A model generated the notes under the pieces. The model ran no database searches and was not told the origin of the DNA. It was given only the letters and a program-made list of their open reading frames with translations. Shown here piece by piece: positions 50,218-59,889 of a stretch of 64,000 nt of DNA; the stretch's first letter is position 1, and each line of letters starts with the position of its first letter. The position numbers were made by a program, and so were the translations under genes. Source of the DNA: an uncultured Trueperaceae bacterium (GTDB lineage: Bacteria > Deinococcota > Deinococci > Deinococcales > Trueperaceae). The stretch covers positions 32,001 to 96,000 of the forward strand of contig CAWCXJ010000009.1 of assembly GCA_963799485.1 (NCBI GenBank). The letters are read 5' to 3'.

Positions 50218-50730
50218 ATGATGAAATACGCTGAGATCGTCAGTTTCGAAAAGTTTGACACCTTGCGGGAATCGCTGGGCCGGATCGTCTGCACCTCGGG
50301 AGGCTTCGACCCGCTCCATCCCGGACACGCAAGCTGCCTGATCGAGTCGAAACAGTACGGCGACACGCTCGTCGTCGTCGTCAACGGCGACGCCTTCCTC
50401 AAGGCCAAAAAAGGCCGCCCGTTCATGGACTTGGCGACGCGTTCGGCGGTCGTCTCGTGTATCCGCGAGGTCGATTACGTCGTGCCGTTTGAAATCGAAA
50501 ACGATTCGACCGTCCGCGAAGCGCTCCGGCAGCTTAAACCACACGTGTTTACCAAAGGCGGCGACCGCGTAGACCATACCAACATCCCCGAGTGGGACGT
50601 GTGCGAAAAGCTCGGGATCGAGGTCGTTTCGGGCGTGGGGCTTGACAAAGCGTGGAGCAGCTCGAACTTTCTCAAAGAGTGGTCGAACTACTCGGTGAGA
50701 AGCGCACTGACCTCTTACCTTGGAGAATAA
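50218..50730 (+). CDS. Cytidylyl/adenylyltransferase family protein (RfaE2/TagD-like)
   Basis: SGGFDPLHPGH (HxGH), KGGDR, C-terminal SSS. Confidence 0.85.
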   Translation: MMKYAEIVSFEKFDTLRESLGRIVCTSGGFDPLHPGHASCLIESKQYGDTLVVVVNGDAFLKAKKGRPFMDLATRSAVVSCIREVDYVVPFEIENDSTVREALRQLKPHVFTKGGDRVDHTNIPEWDVCEKLGIEVVSGVGLDKAWSSSNFLKEWSNYSVRSALTSYLGE

Positions 50731-50881
50731 AGGTTTTGATTTTGTAGTCCCTGTATTCAAAAACTACGACGCTACCTCGAGAATGTGCGTTTTGACCAGC
50801 TTTGCTGTTGGAAAGACACAACCGACCAGACGATAGCCGCCAGGTAACATTTGCAAACAGGGCGTGCTTATACTTAAGGTC

Positions 50882-52201
50882 ATGACCGACCTTACGGCGC
50901 TTACGCTTACGCAGCTTGCCCACGCGTACCGAGCCGGCGAGCTGCGCCCCGGCAGGGTTACCGAGGCGTATCTGGCGAAAATAAAGCCCGGCCCTGTCTA
51001 CCGCCTCGTCACCGCTGAAAGGGCGCGGGCGCAGGCGGCGAGGGCCGACGCACTGTTTGCCGCAGGCACCGATCTAGGCCCGCTGCAAGGCGTGCCGCTG
51101 GCCCTTAAAGACCTGATGGACACAGCCGGTGACGTAACGGCAGCCGGGGCCGAGGTGTTCTTGTCCAATCCGCCTGCCGCACAAGATTGCCCGGCTGCCG
51201 CTCGCCTCGACGCGGCGGGCGCAGTGTTCTTGGGCAAAACCAACATGACCGAGCTGGCCTTTTCGGGACTCGGCCTAAACCCGCACTTCGGCACGCCGGA
51301 AAACCCTCTGGACAAGACGCGAGTTCCCGGGGGTTCGTCGTCGGGGGCCGGGGTTGCGGTGGCGTCGGGGTTGGCGTGCGCGGCGGTCGGTTCGGATACA
51401 GGTGGGTCGGTGCGAATTCCGGCGGCGTTTTGTGGTGTGATCGGGCTTAAAACGACCGACAAGCTCGTCCCGACCGAGGGCTGTGTGGCGCTCTCGACGA
51501 CGCTCGATACGCTCGGGCCGCTGACCCGCACTGCTGAAGATGCGTGGCACCTGCTGCGGGCGCTTTTGGGTGTGTCGCCCGCGCCTTTCGTCCCCACCGC
51601 GGTGGCAGGGCTGCGGATACTCGCGCCGACGACGGTGTTACAAGAAAACCTAGACGACGAGGTGGCGACGGCTTTTTCGCAAGTATGTACGCGGCTTACT
51701 AAACTTGGTGTCAGGCTCGAGACCCGGCCTCTATCCGTATTAGACGAACTGAACAGCCTTTATACACGTTTTGGCAGTTTTGCGGCGCTCGAGTCCCTGG
51801 CCATGCACGAAGACCTGCTCGAGCGCCGTAAACGTGCGTTTGACCCGCGCGTCGCGTCGCGCATCTTGCAGGGTCGGAGCCGCAGTGCGACCGACTATAT
51901 CCGTTTGGGGTTTGAACGAACCCGGTTGCAACGGGCGTTTTGGGAAGCGTGCGCCGAATTCGACGTGGTGTTGTCGCCGACCGTGGCTGCGCTGCCCCCG
52001 AAGTTGACCGACCTGGAAACTGACGACGCGTACTTCGCCGCCAACCGTCAGGTGCTGCGCAACACCACGGTGTTCAACCTTTTGGGTGTTCCGGCAGCGA
52101 GCGTGCCGTGTGCGCCGCTGGTCGGCGTATCGGTCGCTGCCAGGGCGGGGCAAGAGGAGCTGGTGCTGTCGGTCGCGGCGGCGCTTGAAGTCGGGCGTTA
52201 G
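50882..52201 (+). CDS. Amidase-signature family enzyme
   Basis: LKDL, GKTNMTE, PGGSSSG, GSDTGGSVRIPA. Confidence 0.9.
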   Translation: MTDLTALTLTQLAHAYRAGELRPGRVTEAYLAKIKPGPVYRLVTAERARAQAARADALFAAGTDLGPLQGVPLALKDLMDTAGDVTAAGAEVFLSNPPAAQDCPAAARLDAAGAVFLGKTNMTELAFSGLGLNPHFGTPENPLDKTRVPGGSSSGAGVAVASGLACAAVGSDTGGSVRIPAAFCGVIGLKTTDKLVPTEGCVALSTTLDTLGPLTRTAEDAWHLLRALLGVSPAPFVPTAVAGLRILAPTTVLQENLDDEVATAFSQVCTRLTKLGVRLETRPLSVLDELNSLYTRFGSFAALESLAMHEDLLERRKRAFDPRVASRILQGRSRSATDYIRLGFERTRLQRAFWEACAEFDVVLSPTVAALPPKLTDLETDDAYFAANRQVLRNTTVFNLLGVPAASVPCAPLVGVSVAARAGQEELVLSVAAALEVGR

Positions 52202-52746
52202 TAAACTGCCGTACTGTCGAAAATTTGCGGCACCTGACCGGGTGGCGTGATAAAAAACTGGAGCGCGATCTCAAAGCGGGGCCCCTGAAAATACTCGAGC
52301 GTCAGCGGATACTCGCCCGCGTCCAGATAGACGCTTCCCTTTTTAAGCAGCGAGTCGTGCTGAAAATCGTTGTCGATAACGAGTTGTGAGCCGATGTAGA
52401 GCCTGGAGCCGTCGTCCGAGTTGAGCCCGAAAGTATAGCTTCCGGCGGTTTGAACCCGCAAGGTACCCTTGTACTGCAGGCCAAACCACTCGAGCCGGTC
52501 GGCGACCTCCGGAAACCCCTCTGTAAAGTCGCGCGGCGCAATATCTAAACTCGTCGTATAGATCGTTCCGACCGGGCTGAGCTCGGTAAAATCGGGAAGT
52601 TGCGCCGTATTTTCGGGTAAAAGATAGAGTTGACCGACCAACGCGCTGTCGATCACTTCAGGCGTACCAAAATTCTCGTCTTCGGCCGCGCAGGCCGTTA
52701 AGCCTACGAGAAAAACCAGACCCGGTAGCAGTAGATTTCGTTTCAC
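52198..52746 (-). CDS. PA14-domain lipoprotein
   Basis: RBS GGAGG, lipobox LTAC, YTFGLNSDDGSRL..VIDND. Confidence 0.8.
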   Translation of the reverse strand: MKRNLLLPGLVFLVGLTACAAEDENFGTPEVIDSALVGQLYLLPENTAQLPDFTELSPVGTIYTTSLDIAPRDFTEGFPEVADRLEWFGLQYKGTLRVQTAGSYTFGLNSDDGSRLYIGSQLVIDNDFQHDSLLKKGSVYLDAGEYPLTLEYFQGPRFEIALQFFITPPGQVPQIFDSTAVY

Positions 52747-52907
52747 CCAACCTCCTCTAACGTGCTTTGCCTGAACAGCTTGGCTGAGGCGACTGTCGGT
52801 ATGTCCAGCCCAAGTAACCATAATGTCAGCTTGCCTCATATACCGGCCCTGACGTGTGGCTTATGTTGCATGTGGCGGTGTTCGGTCTTAAACGCTGTGG
52901 GCCGCGT

Positions 52908-53588
52908 TTACAAGGGTTCAGCGGCTGTGGTCGAACCCTCGACCCAGCTTTGACCTTCGGGGGTGGCCTCGAGCTTCCATATCGGCAAAAGCTCTTTAAG
53001 CCGGTCGATGGCTACGTGCGCCGCTAACAGCGCCTCTTTACGGTGCTGTGAGGAAACCACGATAACAATCGACGCTTCCCCCGGCGTAAGCTTGCCGAGG
53101 CGGTGCCCGAAGACGATTCGGCCTAAACCGAACTGTGCGCGCAACTCGGCGGCGGCGCGCCGCATCTGCTCGAGGATCATCGCTTCATACCCTTGATAGT
53201 CGATATAAGCGACGTTTCGACCTTGATTGGGTGAACGCACCGTCCCGAGAAAGCTGCTTACTGCGCCGTATTCGGGAGCACTTGCCCGCAGGACGCACGC
53301 CCCGAGGTCGAGAACGTCTTCGGTAACGAAGAAATGGTCACTCGGCTCCGAGCCGCCGGCGACCGGGGGGAAAAAGGCCAGCACGTCGCCTTCTTGCAGC
53401 GTCTCGTCCGGCGTGGCGTAGACCTCGTTCCGGGCGGCGAGCGCACCTTTAAGCTTGAGGTCGGGGTAGGCGGCTTCCAAGGCAGTAGCGGCGTCTCTTA
53501 CGCTCGCGCCGTCCGAAAGCTCGAGTCTCAAAGCTTTCTGCCCGACCTGCTCGCGGTAGCTTGCAAAAAATAGAACCTCTAACGTCAT
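52908..53588 (-). CDS. moaE: Molybdopterin synthase MoaD-MoaE fusion
   Basis: VLFFASYRE...FFPPVAGG (MoaD) followed by FLGTVR, HRLG, LKELLPIWKLE (MoaE). Confidence 0.9.
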   Translation of the reverse strand: MTLEVLFFASYREQVGQKALRLELSDGASVRDAATALEAAYPDLKLKGALAARNEVYATPDETLQEGDVLAFFPPVAGGSEPSDHFFVTEDVLDLGACVLRASAPEYGAVSSFLGTVRSPNQGRNVAYIDYQGYEAMILEQMRRAAAELRAQFGLGRIVFGHRLGKLTPGEASIVIVVSSQHRKEALLAAHVAIDRLKELLPIWKLEATPEGQSWVEGSTTAAEPL

Positions 53589-53600
53589 CTTAAAAGCGTA

Positions 53601-54542
53601 TCAGTTCAGCTCGCTCGTCGTCAGGGTGAGCGTTTCAGTTACGCCGCGCGCGATCATCAGGGTTTCGGGGTAACGCATCCGCACCGGCCCGAGCAAAAGG
53701 AGTCCGGCGCGGCCCCCACCGAACTCGAGCTGCGCGGACACGAGCGCCAACGACTCCTCGACGATCAGCGCGAGCGCCTCGGCGGCGGTCGCCGGGGTTT
53801 CGACGCGCTCCAAAACTCGCCGGATAAAGGTCGGGTCGGCAGATTCGGGTTCGCTGAAGAGGTGTTTGAGGCCCCCCGAAAAGACCTTTGGGGCGCGGAG
53901 CTGAGGCCACGCGTCGGCGAGCGCCAGGTAGGTGCGCGCGACCTCACCGTCGGCGCGTCCGGCGATATCCGAAAGCGCCTGTGGTACCTCACGCACGGGC
54001 AGGGTCAGGCGGCGGAGGCTGCTCTCGGCCGCGAGCAAATCGCCGTCTGAGGGTGTCGGCGAAAGCTCCAAAGCGAGTTGACGAACCAGGCCGTTCTCGA
54101 GTACTACGACCGCCAGGGTGCGGCGGCTCGAGAGCGCCGAGAGGTGAATCTCCAGAATTTGCAGTTCGTCGTCGGTCGGCAATGACACCACGACCGCGTA
54201 GCCTGAGAGTTCGGCGGTGATACTCGCGACGCGTTCCAAAAGCCCTTCGCCGTGCGCACCGCGAAAACTTTGCAAGAGCAGCGTGCGCTGCGCGTCGGGG
54301 AGCGCCCTTGGGGGTAAAAACCGGCGCGCGTAACGGTGGTAGCCGCGCTCGCTCGGTACACGCCCCGCCGAGGTGTGCGGTTGCCGCAGGTACCCGGCCT
54401 CCTCGAGCGCCGAGAACTCGTTACGAACCGTGGCGCTGCTGACCCGCAACTGTTCGGCAATCATCGCCGACGAGACGGGTTTTGCCGAGGTGATGTGGCG
54501 CTCGGCAACCAGTCCCAAAATCTGCTCGGTTCGTGCGTTCAC
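53601..54542 (-). CDS. hrcA: Heat-inducible transcription repressor HrcA
   Basis: PVSS..SSATVRNE..LEEAGYLRQPHTSAGRVPS; LGPVRMRY. Confidence 0.92.
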   Translation of the reverse strand: MNARTEQILGLVAERHITSAKPVSSAMIAEQLRVSSATVRNEFSALEEAGYLRQPHTSAGRVPSERGYHRYARRFLPPRALPDAQRTLLLQSFRGAHGEGLLERVASITAELSGYAVVVSLPTDDELQILEIHLSALSSRRTLAVVVLENGLVRQLALELSPTPSDGDLLAAESSLRRLTLPVREVPQALSDIAGRADGEVARTYLALADAWPQLRAPKVFSGGLKHLFSEPESADPTFIRRVLERVETPATAAEALALIVEESLALVSAQLEFGGGRAGLLLLGPVRMRYPETLMIARGVTETLTLTTSELN

Positions 54543-54610
54543 CTTTAACAGTTTAGCATCTAGGGTTTCAGGTAGCCGTTTATGTGAAGAACGTAAAGTT
54601 TTTCGGCTGC

Positions 54611-55798
54611 TTAGATGGCCCCCAAAAAGTCCAGCACGCCTAATGTCAAGGTCTCGACCGCCACACCCAAACTCCGCTCGTCGAGGTCGAAACGCGGGTG
54701 ATGGTGCGGTTTGTCCGCACCCAACGCCTCGTTACGCCCACCGACGAAAAAGTAACACCCCGGAGCCTGCAAGAGCCAGCACGCCATATCGTCGCCGCCC
54801 ATCGTTTGGGTGCTCGCCAGCACGTTTTCTGCGCCGACGACCCCGGCAGCAACACGCCTGACCCGTTCGGTCATCGCGGCGTCGTTGATGACCGCCGGCG
54901 AGGTATCGACCCAAGTGAAGGTAGCCGCTGCGCGGGCGACTTCGGCTTCGCTGCGGCAGAGGGCCTCAATCCGGTCCTTCAGGTAAACCCGCGTTTCGGG
55001 TGAAAACGTGCGCAGTGTTCCCTTGAGTTCCGCCGCTTCAGGGATGATGTTGTACGCGGTGCCGCTGTGAAAACTCGTGATGCTTACCACCGCGCTGTCC
55101 TGCGGGTCGGTTTCACGGGCAACCAGCGTTTGCAGCGTCCCGACAAGCCGCGCGGCGATGACGATGGGGTCGATACAGTGGTGGGGTTTTGCGGCGTGTC
55201 CACCTGAACCCTGCACGGCGACCCTAAACGAATCGGTCGCCGCCATCGACGGCCCCGCGCGCAGCGCTACCGTCCCGACCGGATAGTCCGACGAGAGGTG
55301 CAGGCCGATGGTGGCGTCTGGTGTGATACCAGAAAGCGCGCCGTTTTTAAGCATAACTTCTGCGCCGCCGACGGTTTCTTCAGCGGGCTGAAAGATAAAC
55401 ACGACGCGGCCTGAGAGCTCACCCCGGCGTTCACTCAGGATTTTGGCGACGGATAAAAGCACCGCTGCGTGCCCGTCGTGACCACACGCGTGCATCTTGC
55501 CTGCAACTTGTGAGCGGTACGGCACGTCTTTTTCGTCTTGGATGGGCAAGGCGTCGATGTCGGCCCGGGCCAGCACCGTGCGGCCCGGTTTCGCACCTTC
55601 TAAAACCGCCACGACGCCCGTGTGAGCGACGCCGCGCCGAACATTTAAGCCGAGCGCCGCCAGCCGCGCAGCGATAATGCCCGCCGTTCGCACCTCTTCG
55701 AAGGCAACTTCAGGGTGCATGTGAAAATCGCGGCGCTGCGCGACGGTTTCGTTAAAAACAGCTTGGGCGGCTTCGTGAATGGTCGCTACTACGCTCAT
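54611..55798 (-). CDS. M20D amidohydrolase
   Basis: HMHPE, RADIDALP, MHACGHDGH, FQPAEE, HHHPRFD. Confidence 0.9.
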   Translation of the reverse strand: MSVVATIHEAAQAVFNETVAQRRDFHMHPEVAFEEVRTAGIIAARLAALGLNVRRGVAHTGVVAVLEGAKPGRTVLARADIDALPIQDEKDVPYRSQVAGKMHACGHDGHAAVLLSVAKILSERRGELSGRVVFIFQPAEETVGGAEVMLKNGALSGITPDATIGLHLSSDYPVGTVALRAGPSMAATDSFRVAVQGSGGHAAKPHHCIDPIVIAARLVGTLQTLVARETDPQDSAVVSITSFHSGTAYNIIPEAAELKGTLRTFSPETRVYLKDRIEALCRSEAEVARAAATFTWVDTSPAVINDAAMTERVRRVAAGVVGAENVLASTQTMGGDDMACWLLQAPGCYFFVGGRNEALGADKPHHHPRFDLDERSLGVAVETLTLGVLDFLGAI

Positions 55799-56262
55799 AT
55801 TTCCTCCAAGTGTCCCAAACGTACGATAACTTGGAATTCTTTTTCGGTCAGCGGCATGACGCTCAGGCGGTTGCCTTTTCGTAAAAGCCTCGAGCCTTGC
55901 AGGTCGGGGGCGGCTTTTAGCTCGCTCAGCGGGACGAACCGGGGCAACGCCGCGATTCCCCGAACCGTTACCGCGTCCCAGCGCGGCGCGTCCGGGGCGG
56001 CTTTGGGGTCAAAATAGGGACTTTGCTCGTCGAACTGCGTGGGGTCGGGGTGGGCTTCACGCGCGACCACGGCAACTCCGGCGACGCCTAACGGTTGGGT
56101 GCTCGAGTGATACACCAACACCGGGTCGCCTGAGCGCATCGCCCGCAAAAAATTACGCGCCTGATAGTTGCGCACGCCGTCCCAGAGCGTCTTCTGCACG
56201 GGCGCGGCGAGCAGGTCGGCAAAGCTGAAGACGTCCGGTTCGGTTTTGAGCAGCCACGGCAC
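55795..56262 (-). CDS. EVE domain protein
   Basis: WLLKTEP, WDGVRNYQARN, RLSVMP. Confidence 0.92.
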   Translation of the reverse strand: MPWLLKTEPDVFSFADLLAAPVQKTLWDGVRNYQARNFLRAMRSGDPVLVYHSSTQPLGVAGVAVVAREAHPDPTQFDEQSPYFDPKAAPDAPRWDAVTVRGIAALPRFVPLSELKAAPDLQGSRLLRKGNRLSVMPLTEKEFQVIVRLGHLEEI

Positions 56263-56270
56263 CGTTTGCG

Positions 56271-56933
56271 TTAATCGCCGGATGCGGCGGGTACGGCGGC
56301 GACAGGTTTATGCTCATAGTGAAACAGCCACAAAAAAAACTGCATCACCGGGCCGATAAGGACGGCAAACAGCACCGTTCCGACCCCGACCGAACCACCC
56401 AAAAGAAATCCTAGAACGAGTACCGTAAACTCGAGCACCCCCCGCGTCAGCCGGATGCTCGAGCCGAACTTTTGGGCGCTGCCGAGCACCAGGTCGTCGC
56501 GCGGCCCCGCCCCGAACTGCGCGGTGATATAGAGACCGATTGCCAGACCCGTCAGGACGACCCCTGCTACAAAGGTAATAACGCCCAGAATCCAGTCTCC
56601 TGCCGGAATACTCGGCAACCACCGCTGCGCCTCGAAAAAGTCGATCCAGGGACCGACCAGGAGCATATTGAGCGCGGTGCCGAAACCCGGACGCTGGTGC
56701 AGCACGAAAAAGCTAAAAACGATGATAAGTAAGCCGACAAGTTGGGTGACGCGCCCGAAAGGTAAACCGGTGCGCACACTCAGCCCTTCGTGAAGGGCCG
56801 ACCAGGGGTCGAGGCCGATGTGGGCGCGGAGCATCAGCGAAATGGACAAACCGAAAACCATCAGGCCGAGGTTGAGCTGAACGAGTCTGCGCCAGAACGA
56901 GGCGGTGGCAAGTGGAGTAGCAAGACGGGACAC
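56271..56933 (-). CDS. YczE/YyaS/YitT-family membrane protein
   Basis: GLDPWSALHEG, PGFGT, FGAGPRD, GGSVGVGT; start probably GTG at 56933. Confidence 0.85.
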   Translation of the reverse strand: MSRLATPLATASFWRRLVQLNLGLMVFGLSISLMLRAHIGLDPWSALHEGLSVRTGLPFGRVTQLVGLLIIVFSFFVLHQRPGFGTALNMLLVGPWIDFFEAQRWLPSIPAGDWILGVITFVAGVVLTGLAIGLYITAQFGAGPRDDLVLGSAQKFGSSIRLTRGVLEFTVLVLGFLLGGSVGVGTVLFAVLIGPVMQFFLWLFHYEHKPVAAVPAASGD

Positions 56934-57051
56934 GCCGGTCAGTCTAAGGCGGCGTTCGGGTTTTGCGGGTTGCAACGGTAACGTCCCTGGCGTTTTGCGA
57001 GCGTTAAGTATCTCCGTACTAAGAATGAAGGATGGCTTTAGCGCCGAGGAG

Positions 57052-57944
57052 GGTAATGGCTCAAGCACGAATGATGAGTCTACGCTCAAGATTGTAGCAG
57101 TGCAGAAAAAGGTGAAGACAGATGAGGTGCACTAGAACGGGCAACCTTCGGCCAGCCCTCATGGGCCTAGCTCTCTCATCGGACTTGGAGAAGGACAAAG
57201 TTTTACGGACGAAACGGGCCAAGCGTTGCCGGATGGTGTTGTTGCAGCGCTCAACGTGAGCCGTAAGTCCTGAGTCTTTGCCAACTGCTTGATGGTGTTC
57301 GGTGCAGTCTCGCTTTGCTCGGAATAGGAATGACGGTTTGATAGGCTTCCCAGAAGTCGGTGAAGCAGATACCCTGCTTGAACGCATCAGGGATAGATTT
57401 CCAGAGCTGACGACAAGTGGCGACACCTCTGCCACCAACCACGCAAGCTACAACCTGCCGCGTATGCTTGCATAGTGCTAAGCACAGGTTAAGCGCATAG
57501 CGCATTGCATCTGCGATGCTCACCTGTATCCAGCGTTTACGGTTTCTCTGACGTACAAACGACCAAAGTACCCCAAACGAAGTGGCAGGGTACATTTCAT
57601 CGAGTTCTAAATGGATAGTTTCTGAACTGCTGGGCTTAATGAGTGTGCTTGTCAGTGAAGGAAGCGTCTTGGCTTTTTTTAAGCCATTTAGTCAAGGTGT
57701 TTCGAGAGACGCCGAAAGTTCGCGCTATCCCGCGCATACTTGAACGCTCTTGATAAGCCCTGATGATTTCTTTACGCGCTTCGCTGTAGCCGAAGTTCGG
57801 ATTCTCTCTGCTCGCCTTTCCACACCCACGACACTGGTATTTCTGTTTTCCATTGGGCGCTCTTGACAAGCTGTTCGCTACCACAGTAGTAGCACGCGAC
57901 GTTGACCATACCCCTAGCTTATCAGTTCGATTTGAACCATTACC
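57052..57944 (-). mobile_element. IS1-family element, degenerate (insA/insB pseudogenes with four short inserts)
   Basis: Terminal IRs GGTAATGGCTCAA / GGTAATGGTTCAA; InsA zinc finger and HTH (KYQCRGC, SMRGIARTFGVSRNT), A7G slip site; Ins[36 protein letters not shown]. Confidence 0.88.
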
Positions 57945-58019
57945 GAGGAAATGACGATTGCTAGGTATGAGAAACCTGAAGTGGTGCGGGAAGTCATTGT
58001 CAGAAAGCGTTGAGCCGTT

Positions 58020-58320
58020 AAAGAACAGGCTCGAGTGCAGCGGCGCGGATTCGGGAACGGTTGGGGCTAAAGCGAAAACAGCGGCGACCTCATTAGCTCG
58101 GCGTGGTGATAGGAGACCCAAGTTGGCAGGACGGAATGCGCCGCTCGCGCTGTGGTGGTACGGCTAAAACGCGTGTTCAGAACGTTGCTGTCGCTGCGGG
58201 CATCAACGTCCAAAGGCTCGCTGCCCGGGTCGAGGGTAAGCAAGAGCAAAAACGCGGATACCACGCTTCAAACTTCAAGCTTGAATTGGCAACGGTAGCG
58301 GCTATCATACAGAGCGCGTA
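58020..58320 (+). pseudogene. IS1182-like transposase C-terminal remnant
   Basis: GMRRSRCGGTAKTRVQNVAVAAGINVQRL resembles the GLRRSRYRGLAKTHLQH..TAAAINL tail. Confidence 0.55.
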
Positions 58321-58438
58321 GCCGCGAACTCCGCCGAGGCGAAAAAATCGGCGACGAGTCGGGCCAAGAACAAAGCTGTAGCCTCATAAAGCGAGCATAT
58401 GCTGGAAGCGTCTACGGGAGAAAGGTCGTATCTTCAGC

Positions 58439-59041
58439 ATGAGAATCGAAAGGTGTTTTCCAGGTCTGGCAGTGTTGACCGCCGCTGTACTCTTTATGCA
58501 GCCGGCGAAAGCGCACAGTTTCGGGGTGGCGCTGGTGACCCAAGCCGCGGTGGTGTCAGAAGCTCCCGACCAAGAGATTCGGCGCGGCTTCATGCTCGCT
58601 ACACGAGAGCGGGACGGCCACGCCAATGAGACTTCCGACGGGCACCTCGGCGGGCTCGACGTTTACGTTTACCCGGTCGCCCTCAAAAACGACGCGGTCG
58701 CCGAGGTCGAAGCGCTTTTAGCGCGGGAAGCAGTCGCTGTCGTCGTGGCGGTCGGAGCGGATAGCTGGCTGTCGACGTTACGGTCCGTCGTCGCCAATCG
58801 GCAGGCAGTTTTGCTCGAGCTGAACCCCGACACCTTTTTCGCGCAGCTGCGCGGTGACGACCAAGCGCCCGTAAAGCGCCTGGTAGACACCTTTTACCAA
58901 ACGTACGGCGGTTCCTCGAGCTACGCAGCGCTCGGCTACAGCGCGGCGAGGCAGCTCGACGCCGCCGTCCGCACGCTGGGGGGTGTCTCGGATAAACCGG
59001 CGCTGCAGCGAGCGCTGGCAGCGGGCAAAAATTTTGACTAG
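58439..59041 (+). CDS. Secreted protein resembling a shortened type I periplasmic binding protein
   Basis: Signal peptide (PAKA/H); RRGFMLA...GHLGGLDV; YAALGYSAARQLDAAVR. Confidence 0.55.
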   Translation: MRIERCFPGLAVLTAAVLFMQPAKAHSFGVALVTQAAVVSEAPDQEIRRGFMLATRERDGHANETSDGHLGGLDVYVYPVALKNDAVAEVEALLAREAVAVVVAVGADSWLSTLRSVVANRQAVLLELNPDTFFAQLRGDDQAPVKRLVDTFYQTYGGSSSYAALGYSAARQLDAAVRTLGGVSDKPALQRALAAGKNFD

Positions 59042-59091
59042 GTCACTTTTGACTAGGTCACGGCGCTACCGCCGTAAGAGTCGCTCCGCTT

Positions 59092-59697
59092 TCAACCTGC
59101 CTCGCGGTCGACGCTGAAGTGGCACGCCCGCTTGCCGTCGCGTTGACAAAACAGGCGTTCGGCCGGCAACCCGGTGGTGAGGGTGATGATGCGCGGCGTC
59201 ACGTCGCAAACCGCCTCGAACTTGCAGCCCACAGCGTGATAAAAGCAGTTGAATGCGCGCAGTTCCCAGCCTCCTTCGATTTCCTCCAACGTGCTCAACA
59301 TCCCCCCGTAGTCGAGGTGTTCTACGAGCGCCTTGAAGCGCGCTTCGCCTTTCAAACCCCTCAAGGTCGGGCTCAGTTGTCTTTGAAGCTGCTGCGCGAC
59401 GCCCTCGAGCAGCGGCTCGAGGAGGTCTTCGGCCTCGGCTTGACCGAGCACTAGCTCGAGCAGTTCGTCGTAATGCTTGGGAAACATGCCTTCGGCCTTG
59501 TGCGTCAAGCTGTAGCGTTTCGCGGGCCGCCCGACGCCGTCGCGCGCGACCGCCGTTTCGACAAGGCCGTCGCGCTCGAAAGAGCCCAGGTGGTGACGCA
59601 CGGTGTTCTCGCTCACCGCCAGCGCCTCGCTGAACTCCCGCACCGAGCTGGGAGCGTGACGCTTCAAATGCCGCAGTAACTGTTGCCGGGTGTCCAC
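59092..59697 (-). CDS. SufR-like HTH transcriptional regulator with C-terminal Cys motif
   Basis: TRQQLL..LK...VSENTVRHHL...GVGRPAKRYSLT; FNCFYH..GC...VC...FC....AC. Start GTG at 59697. Confidence 0.8.
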   Translation of the reverse strand: MDTRQQLLRHLKRHAPSSVREFSEALAVSENTVRHHLGSFERDGLVETAVARDGVGRPAKRYSLTHKAEGMFPKHYDELLELVLGQAEAEDLLEPLLEGVAQQLQRQLSPTLRGLKGEARFKALVEHLDYGGMLSTLEEIEGGWELRAFNCFYHAVGCKFEAVCDVTPRIITLTTGLPAERLFCQRDGKRACHFSVDREAG

Positions 59698-59889
59698 ACA
59701 GACCTCATTTCCACCATTTCTACCATTGATTTTATCACGAAGGGTCGGTAGTTTGAGACGAAAGCCTTGCTGCGAACAAGAAGCGGTGTCGGCGGAGGGG
59801 GTGAAAGCCGTGACGTAAGTGAGCGGCAGCGCGAGCATATAAGCCAGACGCCGACAACCACCCACAGCATCTAACGAAAGGAAATCATT

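Noticed and set aside
54543..54610. CIRCE operator upstream of hrcA
   Set aside because: TTAGCAtc is present but there is no GAGTGCTAA half-site at 9 bp spacing; no grpE or dnaK is adjacent.
57040..57955. Target-site duplication for the IS1
   Set aside because: The flanks share only GAGGA; there is no 8-9 bp perfect duplication.
59780..59860. Cobalamin riboswitch (GGTGAAAGCC...AGCCAGA resemblance)
   Set aside because: It lacks the AGGGAA and GCxACTG core elements and is too short; kept only as a generic structured leader.
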